63,962 bases of DNA, filler included, from Octopus bimaculoides (GCF_001194135.2; 4 parts of 3 records of this genome joined end to end with filler, not necessarily neighbours in it), one strand, 5' to 3'; positions 13,416-27,061 are shown, counted from the whole stretch's first letter. Notes: generated by a model not told the origin, from the letters alone. Made by a program: numbers and translations.

Positions 13416-14290
13416 GTCAAACTGAACTTTCATATCCGAAGGTCATTCAAACCAAAATATTCAAACACGAGTTCAATATCATCGATATTTCCACAAAATT
13501 GTATTAGGAATTGTTACACTGTCAATATCAGGGGAAAGTAGAATTAGTAGATTCGATTTTTATGATTTATAAAAAAGCTTGGCAGTCATTTCTAGCAGAT
13601 CGAGTAACCACACAGAAGTTTCATTGTGCTTAAAGTTCCCTCGTTCCTGCATGATGCCTGGGCCAATAAGGTATATACGAGTAACATGAGTAGAGCCGCT
13701 AAATTAAACGTACTCGCTCCGTCGTTTACTCATTCGTAGCCTTTCAGTCAACGTGAGGATTTTATAGCGTTCAAAGTTAAGAATGAATCATACAATATAG
13801 TCAAGCGAAGTTAAATATCAAATTAAATGTCTCGTCATTGCTTGGACGGGAGTTAATGTAATCAAGCGCAATTGTTTCCAATGATTAAAGCATCGTAAAT
13901 AATCAAACATGTATTTGTATTAGCTAAATGTGTATTTAACACCCCTCTTACAATTATATATCAATTAATCCCCACTATTAGTCAATGTTATAATATCAAT
14001 ATTTGAACATTATTTACTGTAAGATAATTCCTATAGTACCACAAAGTACTATACCCTCGCTCATTAAAGTTAATAAGCATTCGGTGTTGAAAAATCTGGG
14101 AAAATTTATATTTGCATTTTTATTATTGAAATATGTAATCAGCGTCATTTTATAAATGAATTATTAATTAATCTCATTTCTTATCACCACTTGGTGTGTT
14201 ATTACAAACCTTTATATAGAAAATTAGTTATAGCATCTGTAAACAGTACTGGAATATATACTGCTGCTAACGTGAAGAAAAACAAAAAAT

Positions 14291-14538
14291 GTTTCCTTCT
14301 CGAGCCATGCCAGGCTCATAAGGGGCCGTTTCGCAGTTTCAGTAGCGCATAAATTCCCTTCCTTGGACGAGACGCCGATCCGTCGCAGGATTACTCATTT
14401 TTGTTAGTTGAGTGAAAATGGAGCAATGTGAAATAAAGTGTTTTGATCAAGAACACAACACACTGTCCGGTCCAGGAATCGAACCACAATCTTACGATCA
14501 TGAGTCCAACACCTGAATCACTAAGCCACGCACCTCCA
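14291..14538 (-). mobile_element. tRNA-derived SINE with V-domain-like core
   Basis: Minus-strand head tggaggtgcgtggcttagtg...ggttcgattcctgg; core cctgcgacggatcggcgtctcgtccaagg resembles the V-SINE domain (family name from memory). Confidence 0.7.
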
Positions 14539-15427
14539 TAATGGGTCACCATAATCTATTTGGCTCTGACCATAGGGCTATTCAATCAGAACTGACGTGG
14601 GATTAAAGAACAGCAACGACCTTTCTATGACTAGCTTGTACTGGTCAACCTTACAATCAGAGTTTGGAAATGAACAGGAAAAAAAAAAAGCATGTCTCCG
14701 TCAACGTGATTCGAACCTCCAACCTGTCGATCAATAAAAATCCAGTCTAATTATTAACTGGCCCTTTTACAATTCGAATAAAATACCAGCAGCTGGTAAT
14801 ATTTTTCTGAATTTTACTTTATTAAATAAATCTCTTAAGGGGATTAACTGTGTGAGAAAAGGCTTAATGTGCATACCGTGACTTCAGGTGTGATACTAAA
14901 GACATGTGCGCCATTAATTCTACTGGGGGCAAAAAAGCTCCTGCGTCTTCTTTATTTCGTTCCCACCTCCACCCCCACCCCCCGCTTGTCAATGTATGTA
15001 TATATGTGAATGTATTTATTGTTTGTGTGCTTTCTTCAACAGCCATTTTCTTACGGCGTTAATGACATTTTTGAAAAAAAAAAAAAAAAAATAATAAATT
15101 AAAAACACCCTAGAAAATTTCCATAAAGAAAAAAGCAAAAAATAAAATAAGAATGAGACAAAAATAATTATTACAAAAACCAAGAGCAAGTAACGCAAAA
15201 ATTAAACGCATAAAAAAGTCATAAATAAATGACAAAACAAATCAAATAATACAATTTCATTTTCTTCAATTTTATTTTTTAAATTTTGTATTTCTATTTT
15301 ATAATTTTTGCCCCATCGTCTTCGCCACCCCACTACACCATTTCGCTTCTTTGTTTAATTTTTTTTTCAATTTTTAGTTTTAGTTTTTTCTCATCTTTAT
15401 TTATTCATTTCTTTATTATTATTATTA

Positions 15428-15512
<85 letters not shown>

Positions 15513-15752
15513 CATCCCCTTTACTTTATTTTTTTTTGTCGAAGATTTTCTCATTTCTCTATTTGNNNNNNNNNNNNNNNNNNNNNNNNNNNNNNNNNNN
15601 NNNNNNNNNNNNNNNNNNNNNNNNNNNNNNNNNNNNNNNNNNNNNNNNNNNNNNNNNNNNNNNNNNNNNNNNNNNNNNNTATATATATATCAATTACACG
15701 CACACACAAACACATACATTCATATAAACATATATGCATATACATACATACA

Positions 15753-15791
<39 letters not shown>

Positions 15792-16015
15792 GCATTCTTC
15801 TCATGGGAAAGGAAGATACTGTATAATTACATGAAATGCCCCTCATGGGTGCTGTTTAGAATGTTGAATGCAAGTGCAGAGAAATAAAAACCCTAACCCT
15901 CAGATTCATTATCATCTTTGACTTGAAATATTGCCAAATTCAATTTTGCCTTTCATTTCTCTTAGTCTGATAGAATAAAGCCAGATCAGTGTTAGGGACC
16001 AGAGCATTCAGACGC

Positions 16016-16086
<71 letters not shown>

Positions 16087-16640
16087 TTTCATTTTGATTT
16101 TCAATTTTTTTTTATTATTTATTTGTGTGTGTCTGTGGATTTTGTTTATATTTTAACAGTTACGTTTTTAATGTTAGGCAACGCAACGCAACGCAACCTT
16201 TTTCGATGCGTGCTTGTCTGCGGATCTGAGTGTGTGGCGTTTGGTATGTGTGTATCTTGTATAACAGATCGGTTTTAGTCAACAGTGGATTTAGTCTTCT
16301 GTTTGCGCCAGTTTATCAGTGTGTTTGGTCTGCCTCTGTTTATGTATGTGTGAGCGAGAGCGTTGTTTGTTTATTTTTTGTAAAAAACTTTAATAGAATT
16401 GTTATTTCGTTTCTAGAAAAGTGTGCAGTGCTTGTTTGGCTGCAAGCCGAGTCTGTAATAAGATTTCGATATTACTATCATTATTATTAGTCGCAGTGGT
16501 AGTAACTACGCGGAGGCGAGCTGGATTGCACAATCTCTAAACAGTCTCGTATCATGTCTTGTGATACTTAATCATTTTCTTTCTTAATTTCCGAGTTCAA
16601 ATCCGGACATATTCAGCATTACCTTATGTTTCACCCTTCT

Positions 16641-16689
<49 letters not shown>

Positions 16690-16693
<4 letters not shown>

Positions 16694-16850
16694 ACAGGCT
16701 TCCGTACTGTTTCCACCTACCAAATACACTCACAAGCCATTAGCCGGCCTGAAGCTATACTAGGAGAAACTTGCTCAAGGTGCCGCGCAGTGGGGCTGAA
16801 CCCCAAACCACGTGGTTGCAAGGCGACTTCTTCAACACATTCATGCCTAT
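16690..16850 (-). mobile_element. SINE family B head, diverged
   Basis: ccgtactgtttccacctaccaaatacactcacaagcc...aaggtgccgcgcagtggggctgaacccc matches family B. Confidence 0.75.
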
Positions 16851-17012
16851 GTATGATTTGAGGGAGGGGAGACTTTAGCTGCTAATTCTAGCCGATTGAA
16901 TCACTTTGCAGAAGACTTTTTGGTAGCTTGCATCGATCTCATAATTACTGCTGTCAATTATATCTTTCGCACGAATATGTTAAAATCAGAAATCCTCTTT
17001 TTTATTCTTTTC

Positions 17013-17220
17013 TACTCTAAGCACAAGGCCCGAAATTTTCGAGGAGGAGGAGGCCAGTCGATTAGATCGACCCAGTACGCAACTGGTACTTATTTTATCG
17101 ACCCCGAAAGAATGAAAGGCAAAGTCGACCTCGGTGGAATTTGAACTCAGAACATAAAGACAGACGAAATACTGTTAGCGTTCCGCCCGGCGTGCTAACG
17201 TTTCTTCCAGCTCGCCGCCT
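17013..17220 (-). mobile_element. SINE family A
   Basis: aggcaaagtcgacctcggtggaatttgaactcagaac...ccagctcgccgcc. Confidence 0.85.
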
Positions 17221-18516
17221 GAATCATCTTTTGGATCTTTTCCCTTTGGCCGGCACATTTAAAGAATATTTTTTTGTAACTAAACATTTAAAAAATTCGT
17301 ATACTAAAAATTCGTATCAGTGTCCGAAGTTTGAAAGTTTTTAGTTACAAAAAAATAATTTCTTGACGTGCCGTTCAACGGTAAAAGATCCCATCATTTT
17401 TACTAAACAAAAGAGGGCAATGCACTGGCTTAATCGTTGGAGCGTGAGGAGAGTTTCTCATTCTTTGCAGCGTTTCTTCCGTCTGTTTGAGTTCTGGGTT
17501 CAAATCCCGCTGTTGTCAACTTTGTTTTTATCCTCTGAAATAAAATACAAGTCATATATAGGGATCAATAATATCGACGAATCCTTTCCACTAAAGATGT
17601 CTGGCCTTTAGCCCAAATCCGAAAGGATTATTAAAACATAGGCACGGTCAATGACCTCGACGCAAAACCCATTGCCATATTTAGTCACGTCCCATTAGGC
17701 ACTGAGTTCGAATCCGTGTTAGATCACCTTTGCCGTTTCTCTCTGCGGAGCCTACGAAGTAAAGTACCAGTCAAATGCTAGAATGGATTAAATTGACTTT
17801 CTTAGAATGTGCTTTATCGACCCTGGAAGGAAGTAAATTAAAATCAGCTTGATTGTGAACTGAACTATGAATTCGTTTAGTCTGGTTTCCTACAGTGTTT
17901 GCTACTCCAATGCTTGTGGTAAATACGTGTTTGCTTTTTTTCTTTTTTTATGAGTAAAATACGTGTTTGCTTTTTTTTTCTGTTCCTTATCACGAAGTTC
18001 TTAGTTTCTAGTTGACGATAAACGTACCTGCAGAAATCAGAAATTAAACGAAACCGAAAACAATAAATTAAATTATCGGAAATCGATTTTGTGCCTCATC
18101 TTTGTAGGATCGATAAAATAAGAGTCAATAACCTACCTACAGGTATTGATTTCATGGAGCATGTATTTCATGTTGCTATGAGATGTCGTTACTTTTAATG
18201 CAACCCCCCCCCCCCAACAAACAGACAAACAAATCCAAATGTTTATTCGTTAGTTTTAAACATTACTGCAAGATTCAATAGCTATCCAGTTTCAATTATC
18301 GTTTGAAATGATATTAATCTTATAAATAAAGTATGTGCTATCGGATAGTAGATTGGCAGAATTATTAGATAGTCGTACTAAATTCTTCGTAGTATTTTGT
18401 AGAGGGGTTTTGAGCTCGAATCCTATCAGGTTATGTACAAAGGTAGGACAAAACAATGGAAACAGCTTGTTAAATGGAAGTTTACCATTTAATATGAGTC
18501 GATCTATCTAAATATA

Positions 18517-19216
18517 CGAGGTATGGTCAATAAATATCCGGACTGTTGTCATAGTAACAATGCTAAAGCACGCAGAGTAAAGACGTTTGGCAAAGATTGA
18601 TTTCGAACTCAGCTGTCCATGCGCAGTAAGTTTTAACGTTCTACTCCACTTACCTTGTATACAGCAGTGCTTTGAAGAAAGGTGTGTAGCGTGTGATCGT
18701 TGCATTGACCATGACAGAGAAAGTTGTCATAACAATACCTGCTCAGAGGACTACGCAAAGTTGCAGAAAGTGTATAGAGAGGAGTGTATGAGCCGTACAC
18801 AAGTGTATGAGTGGTTCAGACGTTTCCAACATGGCCGTAAAAAATGTCGATATTGACGAACGTTCTGGAAGACTCGCAACCAGCAAAACTGAGAAAAACA
18901 TCGCAGATGTGCGTGCAGCTGTGAGAGTGGAATCGTCGAATCACTATCTGTGTGTTACCTGAGGATGTGCAGGTTAGACACGGGTCAGTCCATTATCACT
19001 GAAGATTTGGGTATGCAAAGAGTTCCTGCCAACTTTGTGCCAAAACTGCTTTCAGCTGACCAAAAAGACACTAGGGTTTCAGTTGCATAAGAACTCCTTC
19101 ATTGTGTCGAGAACGACGAAACTTTTTGAAATCTTTGTGTTGGCCTCTGAGCAGGTATCGCCAAGCTTTTGGCAAAATTTGATGCAGATTCTCTACCCAA
19201 CTTTCTCTGTCATGGT
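18517..19216 (+). mobile_element. Decayed mariner transposon (5' half) with an inverted copy of its N-terminal coding region
   Basis: TA+cgaggtatggtcaataaatatccggac TIR; with frameshifts reads CSEDYAKLQKVYREECMSRTQVYEWFRRFQHGR..ERSGR..EDLGMQRVPANFVPKLLSADQK; 19144-19216 is the reverse complement of the MTEKV..RICIKFCQKLGDTCSE start. Confidence 0.88.
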
Positions 19217-19459
19217 AGGTGGAAACAGTGTGAAATCCTGTCGAGAGTAGAAAAACAGCCAACGACTGATGAAGGGTCGTTCTGTGTGCTGTCTGCCTTG
19301 TTTTCCATTTGTGTCTTTCGTTATTCATAAAAAATAGTTAATATTCCATGTACTCGCATTTCATTTTTTTGTTGTATATGTTTCGTGACGTCCTGTGCCC
19401 ACATATGCATATCTATATACATATATATATGCGTATAGATGTAAGTATATACATATAAG

Positions 19460-19538
<79 letters not shown>

Positions 19539-19698
19539 TTATATATATTATTTATAAGTATATATGTGTATGTGTGTATATATGTGTATATGTATTCGCA
19601 TGCATCTTCCTCGCACATACATATGCACATACGCAGCTCACAAGCAAACGCTTCTATATATATATATACACACATATACCGTACATACATTTATATAT

Positions 19699-19780
<82 letters not shown>

Positions 19781-20261
19781 ATGAACATATGCATATTTGC
19801 ATAAACTGTAAAAGAAAAACATAAAGAAACCAACAAATTACGTTTTCTTCGTTTTATTTCTTCTTCCTGTTCTTCTTCTCCTCCTCTTCCTTCACCTCAT
19901 CATCACCAGCCTCCTTCCTGCTCTTGTTATTAGTATTATTATTATTCTATTATTATTACTATTGTTGTTGTTGTTTTTGTTATACCTATTATTTGGTTTT
20001 AATAACTCACGTCGATTCTATTCAGTTAAGATATCTAGTTTTAATTATTAACGAAGATATGATTTACTAATCATTCAGGCTAATTAAAAGCCTTGCAGTG
20101 GTGCAGTTAGCAGAACGTGACTCGCTCAAGAAACCAGAGAAAATAGATTAGTTTTGATGAATGTAGAAAACAGTAAAGTATGTGTAAGGTGGGAGGAATT
20201 CAGCAATATCGTTTTTTCTGCTTATATTACACACATACTGTTTGTTTTATACATACACACA

Positions 20262-20650
20262 TTGTTGTTGTTGGCACTCCGTCGCTTACGACGTCGAGGG
20301 TTCCAGTTGATCCGAACAACGGAACAGCCTGCTCGTGAAATTAACGAGCAAGTGGCTGAACACTCCACAGACATGTGTACCCTTAACGTAGTTCTCGGTG
20401 ATATTCAGCGTGACACAGTGTGACAAGGCTGACCCTTTGAATTACAAGTACAACAGAAACAGGAAGTAAGCGTGAGAGAAAGTTGTGGTGGAAGAGTACA
20501 GCAGGGTTCACCACCACCCCCTGCCGGAGCCGCGTGGAGCTTTAGGTGTTTTCGCTCAATAAACACTCACTACGCCCGGTCTGGGAATCGAAACCGCGAT
20601 CCTATGACCGCGAGTCCGCTGCCCTAACCACTGGGCCATTGCGCCTCAAC
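20262..20650 (-). mobile_element. tRNA-derived SINE family C, full length
   Basis: Minus-strand head gaggcgcaatggcccagtggttaggg...ggtttcgattccc; (CAA)n tail; closely matches 24086-24473. Confidence 0.9.
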
Positions 20651-20811
20651 ACATATGTACATACATACATACATACATACATACATGCATACGTACATTA
20701 CAAGTTCAATGTGTGAGTGGAACAGTAAAAATATGCAAGATTTTTCTGAAGTTCTAAATGTGAATTTGTCTCTCTAGCATCATCCTCACGATGAAGCCTT
20801 GTATCTTTGTT

Positions 20812-20920
20812 GGAAAGGCAAAGTTGACCTCAGCGGAATTTGAACTACAAACGTAAAGACAAACGAAATACCGCTAAGCATTTCGCTCGGCGTGCTAACA
20901 TTTCTGCTAGCTCGCCGCCT
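20812..20920 (-). mobile_element. SINE family A, 5' part
   Basis: gaaaggcaaagttgacctcagcggaatttgaactac...gctcgccgcc. Confidence 0.8.
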
Positions 20921-21291
20921 TAATATAACCGTACATATTAAGAACACACACGTACAAACACTCAGACATATATATGAGTAATATCTAAATATCATTGTAA
21001 TGTATATTTGATATAAATATTCTATCATCTGATTGGTTGATAACAGTAACACCACGATTATGAGTATATTGATAAGGGACTCTTTAATGCACAATTGATT
21101 GGATTTCCTACTGTGATTCGCTTATATTGTTTTGTAATAAACACACTCACTCGTATATGCATTTGCAGAGTTCATACTTACACAACGAAAATTCAAACAT
21201 GAGTTTATGTACGATATCGTTGACGCAAACGTATATACTTTCATATAAATACATATACCAAACCAAAATACACAGGTAGACAAACCTACCC

Positions 21292-21375
<84 letters not shown>

Positions 21376-22259
21376 GCGTGTACAGTAACACCAAATACTG
21401 CACACACACACACATATGCACAAATACCTAGATGATGTTGATAAAAGTTCCAATGAAGGAGCCTTGAATCTATGTTAGAGTCCGGCTCTTTCTCTATGGA
21501 CAAGAAATACAGAAATGAAACTGATTGATAACATACAGACATACATAGAAACATGCTTACTTACAGACACACATTCAGCGTACAGTACGTTAGTAAGAAG
21601 GACATGATAGAAAGAAAAATTATATTCGTGATAGACAATGGGAAGTAAGGCAGAATATATGTACGCCATGTTTTCTTTTCCCCCCGTTTTTTTCTGTCTT
21701 TCTTTCTGTTTTTTTTTTCTCACGGATATAGCTCCGAAAAAAGAAGAATTGTTACGAAATCCGATATTTTAGAATCACCTTCAGGTAAAATCAAAAATAA
21801 AAACGATGATGCATTTATACAAGTAACCCCAATTTGTTTTTCCTGCTGTTCGTAAACATCTGATTGATTTCTGAAAAGGTTCGATTATATTGTTCTTATA
21901 TATTGGCTATGTTATTGATATTATTGTTGTTGATGTTGTTATTATTGTAGTCTAATTGCCCTACATATTAGTCCTAACACCTGACTGGATTATCAATGGC
22001 ATAAGGTAAGCCAATCAGAGAATGGTAACTCTTTGAATAGGATATCCGTCTTTGGTAATAATTCGTCCTTCAGAATATCTGTGATCGGTTTCCTGTTGGT
22101 ATTGTTTCTTTTCTTTTCTTTTCTTTTCTTTTCTATTTTTTTTTTGTGGTGTTTGTTTTCATTTCATTCTCTTTTTTTTGTTGCTGTTGTTATTTTACTC
22201 GCATTTTTTTGTTTGTTTGTTATGAAGTTGTTACAGTTGTCTTAAAGATAGATCTTTGT

Positions 22260-22381
22260 CACTGCAATGATGACGATGATGATGATAATAATAGTAATAA
22301 AGACAACAAAAAAACTGCAATAATAGTAACAACAATAGCGACAAAAATATTATATGTATAAAACAACAACAACAACGATAC

Positions 22382-22435
<54 letters not shown>

Positions 22436-22575
22436 TAATATCACGTTGGGAATAAGGGAACTTAAAAACGATAATGATTAAGTGTTTCGATAGGAATAAG
22501 ATCTGTGTTGCGATGACGACTATGATCATAACATTGTTGGTCATGCGAATGATGACGATGGCGATGATAATAATA

Positions 22576-22654
<79 letters not shown>

Positions 22655-22871
22655 CGACGATGATGATGATGACGATGACGATGATGATGATGATTATGAT
22701 GATGATGACGATAATGATGATGATGATGTCGATGATGACGATGATGACGATGATGATGATGATGATGATGATGATGACGATGATGATGATGATGATGATG
22801 ACGATCATGATGATGACGATGATGATGACGATGATGATGACGATGATGATGATGATGATGATGATGACGAC

Positions 22872-22902
<31 letters not shown>

Positions 22903-22975
22903 TTGATAAGGAAGAGGAAGAGCTTGAGGAGGAAGAATGACGTGAAGTCAACAACATTCATGATACAAATGATGG

Positions 22976-23036
<61 letters not shown>

Positions 23037-23058
23037 AGTGATGATGGTGATGATGACG

Positions 23059-23090
<32 letters not shown>

Positions 23091-23185
23091 GAGAGACTTG
23101 GAACCTGCGAAGCCGCTAAAGTACAGCACACAAAGATGGAGGGAAATTGACAGGAAACAGTAATATTCAATGTGTATTAGTCAGT

Positions 23186-23236
<51 letters not shown>

Positions 23237-23560
23237 CCCCCCCCCATCATCCTCGTCTCCATAATTACCTCCTCCTCCCCATCATCATCGTCACTGTCGT
23301 CGTCTTCTGTCTTCTCATCTTCCTTCTTCTTCTTCTTCTTCTTCTTCTTCTTCTTCTTCTTCTTTTTGTTTTGCTTTCATCGTTTTCCTCCATATTCATT
23401 TTCCTCTCCTTCTTTTTCTCCCACATCATTATCATGATCATTGCGATGGCGGTCGTGATTGTCGCCATCATTCGCGTCCTTATACTCCACCACTACCACC
23501 TCCCCTCCCCCTCTTTCTCCCCTCTTCCGCCTCCTCCTCTTCACTTTTCATCCTCCTTCT
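22260..23560. repeat. Compound trinucleotide field: (AAT)n, (GAT/GAC)n, (CTA)n, (CTT)n
   Basis: Directly visible; source of the poly-M, poly-I and poly-S ORFs. Confidence 0.95.
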
Positions 23561-24085
23561 ACACTTCCCTATCAATAGGTAGCTTCATCTTCCACACTTC
23601 TGCGTTGTTTCATGCTGTTGTCATTGTTGAAGTAAATATTGTCTATTTTGGCAGGTGTTTGTGTGGAAGATATTTTTAAAGGTCATCTATAGATTGATCT
23701 AGAAATCCAATCAGATTCTCTGAAAGACCAGATCCTTCTCTAACACGGATATCCTATTTGACACTAACCAAAATCTGATTGGTTTATTCTGCTGGGGGTA
23801 AGATAGTCACATGACAGGAACAATGAGGACATTTCTGAAAGTATACCAAAAATATATGTTAGCAATTCTTTATTTCTTTTTCTCTTTTTGTCTATCTTTT
23901 GTTTATCTTATTCATAGACGGAAATGCAAAGTCTTTGAAACTTTTATTGGCCCTCGAGACTGGGTTGGTCTTGAATCCTGTGTTGAATGCTTGCCAGAAA
24001 GTGGACTCCACTAAAAGGAAATGTAAACAACGTCCAGTCGGTGGTGTTAAACAAGGTATCGAGTTACGTCTACCACTTAAATGAT

Positions 24086-24473
24086 GTATTGTTGGCACTC
24101 CGTCGCTTACGACGTCGAGGGTTCCAGTTGATCCGATCAACGGAACAGCCTGCTCGTGAAATTAACGTGCAAGTGGCTGAGCACTCCACAGACACGTGTA
24201 CCCTTAACGTAGTTCTCGGGGATATTCAGCGTGACACAGTGTGACAAAGCTGACCCTTTGAATTACAGGCACAAAAGAAACAGGAAGTAAGAGTGAGAGA
24301 AAGTTGTGGTGAAAGAGTATAGCAGGGTTCGCCACCATCCCCTGCCGAAGCCTCGTGGAGCTTTAGGTGTTTTCGCTCAATAAACACTCACAACGCCTGG
24401 TCTGGGAATCGAAACCGCGATCCTATGACCGCGAGTCCGCTACCTTAACCATTGGGTCATTGCGCCTCCACTT
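24086..24473 (-). mobile_element. SINE family C with 13-bp TSD
   Basis: ccacttaaatgat at 24073-24085 and 24474-24486. Confidence 0.92.
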
Positions 24474-25148
24474 CCACTTAAATGATATAAAGGCAAAAAC
24501 ATGACAGATTTATAACTAGGGTTTCTACTGCCAGAAATAGTGTGTTATTATACTTTTGGTGGATTACACTGCATCTGAAATGCTGGGGTTCATACACCTT
24601 ACGTGACGGCATTCAATTATTTATACAAATCATAGCAACGTCATTGTGTCTGACTCGGGTAGACGAGATAGCAAAACAATACGTTGCTAATTTTACTTTA
24701 ACACTTCGCTTCCCATGGAAGATATGCCACCGACATCATTTTTACGTCTTGTTCTCGGATCTTGACGGACTTCTATACTTCTTTTCAGCTGGATTCCTAC
24801 ATTTCCATCTCTGCCTCAGTTTCTCATCTCAGCTATCTCTAATTCATTCTCTTTTCCCTCTCTCTCGTGGGTTCGTAATGACCTGACGTATTTCTCTGAA
24901 GGAAGGCCGTCCTCACCTTGATCTTGTTGGATTTGAAATGCCATCGATGGTTAAGTAATTGTGGTTTTTATCTGGGTAAGTTTGTTGGTTCTAAACAAAC
25001 CAATTTTACATCTGAGAAGATGTGGTTCTATATCCGTCTGGCCTCTATCCTTTGATCTGTCCAGCATGAGCGGCCCTATCAGGAGCTTGCACTCCACTGG
25101 CTTAGCTCTCAAAGCCGCAACAAAAAGTGAATCTTTCGCTGGACACAA

Positions 25149-25515
25149 GTGTCTCCGTTGTACCGCATCTGCAATAGAGTGGATGAAACCATTGCCCATA
25201 TCACGAACGAATGCTCCAGACTTTTCCAAAATCACTACAAATTATGGCAACACGACCAGGTAGCGAAAGTGTTACACTGGAAACTGTGCGAAAAGTGGAG
25301 GCTACAGAGAGGCAAGACGTGGCGTGAGCACAACCCGCAGAGAGTGGCAGAATCGGAGACTAGGAAATCCTCTAGGATTTTACAATCCAAACAGATCAGG
25401 TGCTAGAGCATAACAGACCGGACATAGTAGTGGTGGGCAAGATGCACCACATATGCTATATAGTTGATTTTGCATACCCCTCTGATCTATGAATAGTCAA
25501 GAAGGAAGGTGAAAT

Positions 25516-25560
<45 letters not shown>

Positions 25561-25890
25561 ATAGATAGGTAGATACAACCCCCTTAAGTACGAAATAGCC
25601 CGGCTATGGAAGATGAAATAGGTGAAGGTTGTGCCAATTATTGTTGGTGCATTGGGAACAGTATCAGAAAACATGTAGGGGGAAATCAAGAAATTAGAAT
25701 AGAGTGCCCTGTAGAACTGTTACAAAAGGTTTGCGTCCTTGGCACGGCTAGAATAATCAGGAAAGTGTTAGATAGTTGAAAAGAACGAATAGTACGTACC
25801 GTAGGCTGCAGGTGGCAAACCCTCTTCGCATGCAAGACTGCAGGAGCTCCAACAAAAGCTGTGAAAAAGGGAAAATACAAATTCTATTAC
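25149..25890 (+). mobile_element. R4/Dong-type non-LTR retrotransposon 3' fragment (zinc knuckle + restriction-like endonuclease), pseudogenised
   Basis: ICNRVDETIAHITNEC, HDQVAKVLHWKLCEKW, then after a frameshift DFTIQTDQVLEHNRPDIVV..VDFAYPSD, KYEIARLWKM, VVPIIVGALG, LGTARIIRKVLDS*. Confidence 0.88.
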
Positions 25891-25907
25891 CGATAATAAT
25901 AATCCTT

Positions 25908-26110
25908 TCTACTATAGGCACAAAGTTTCAAATTTCAAGGGAAGGGGACTAGTTTTAACTACCCTGGTATTTGTTTTTTTTCTACCCTAAAATGATGAAA
26001 GGCAGATTCGACCTCGGCAGAATTTGAAACCAGAACGTAAAATCAGACGAAATATCGCTGAGCATTTTGTTCAACTTGCTTACGATTCTGCCAGAGCACT
26101 GTCTTCGCCT
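25908..26110 (-). mobile_element. SINE family A, diverged
   Basis: aaggcagattcgacctcggcagaatttgaaaccagaacg. Confidence 0.75.
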
Positions 26111-26132
26111 AATAACAACAACAACAGCAATG

Positions 26133-26195
<63 letters not shown>

Positions 26196-26197
<2 letters not shown>

Positions 26198-26567
26198 TGA
26201 TGTATCAATACCAGCAGATGACAACGTTTCTCTAAAAGAAATGGAAAAACTTTCAAAATACAAAGACCTGGAAATAGAGGTAACTCGAATGTGGAATCTA
26301 AAAACAGAAACAATTCCTATCATAGTAGGTGCCTTAGGTATAATAAAAAAAAATATTCAGACAAATACATAACAAAAACACCAGGACTTACAAATATATA
26401 TAACATACAGAAAATTGCACTACTGGGTACTGCACACATTCTACGCAAAACACTTTCAATACAGTAAACATAAGAGCACCACAGCAAACCACATCACATA
26501 CCCAAGGCGCACAGAGCTGCGCTCGGTAGTGAAGTGAAAGCACGTTATAAAAATAAAACTACTGAAC
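26196..26567 (+). mobile_element. 5'-truncated R4/Dong element in an (AAT)n microsatellite
   Basis: IDVSIPADDNVSLKEMEKLSKYKDLEIEVTRMWNLKTETIPIIVGALG, frameshift at an A-run, then QKIALLGTAHILRKTLSIQ*; (AAT)n on both sides. Confidence 0.9.
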
Positions 26568-27022
26568 AATAATAATAATAATAATAATAGAAGAAGCAAG
26601 GTGAAGAGAGGAAAGAGGAAGTGTAGGAGAATAATGATATTATGATAATAATCTAATAAAGACTATAAAGTAATTACAACTGCTAATAAAAATAAAGCCG
26701 CAGAATTGAAAAAAGCTCACCCACCAACCACGCGTTTAGTGATATCCCAAAGCAGGAATATTTAAGGGGAATTACCCGAAAAGTAAAAGCGTACTAAATA
26801 ATATATTGGAAATGATGGATATGAAAATAAACAGATGCAACGCAATAATGAGAGAATATATGTTTTAAAAAGATTAAATTGGATGCAAGAAAAGTAAAAA
26901 AAAAGAAAGCAAAATTATGAATTATTTTCATCCATTTATGAGTGAATAACATAAGATATAACACATCCACAATATGAGAGCGTTCGTGCGCGTGTGTCTG
27001 TATGAGCGTGTCTGTGTGTACG

Positions 27023-27053
<31 letters not shown>

Positions 27054-27061
27054 ATGTGTGT

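Noticed and set aside
15890-15900. ccctaaccct telomere-like motif
   Set aside because: Fewer than two full units; chance occurrence.
20570-20650. tRNA-like sequences at SINE heads (also 24400-24473, 14470-14538, 7209-7280)
   Set aside because: No complete cloverleaf; each continues into a SINE body, so they are not called tRNA genes.
22474-23163. 229-aa poly-Met ORF and the parallel poly-Asp/Glu frame
   Set aside because: Part of a compound trinucleotide field that switches motif arbitrarily; no splice signals or unique domain.
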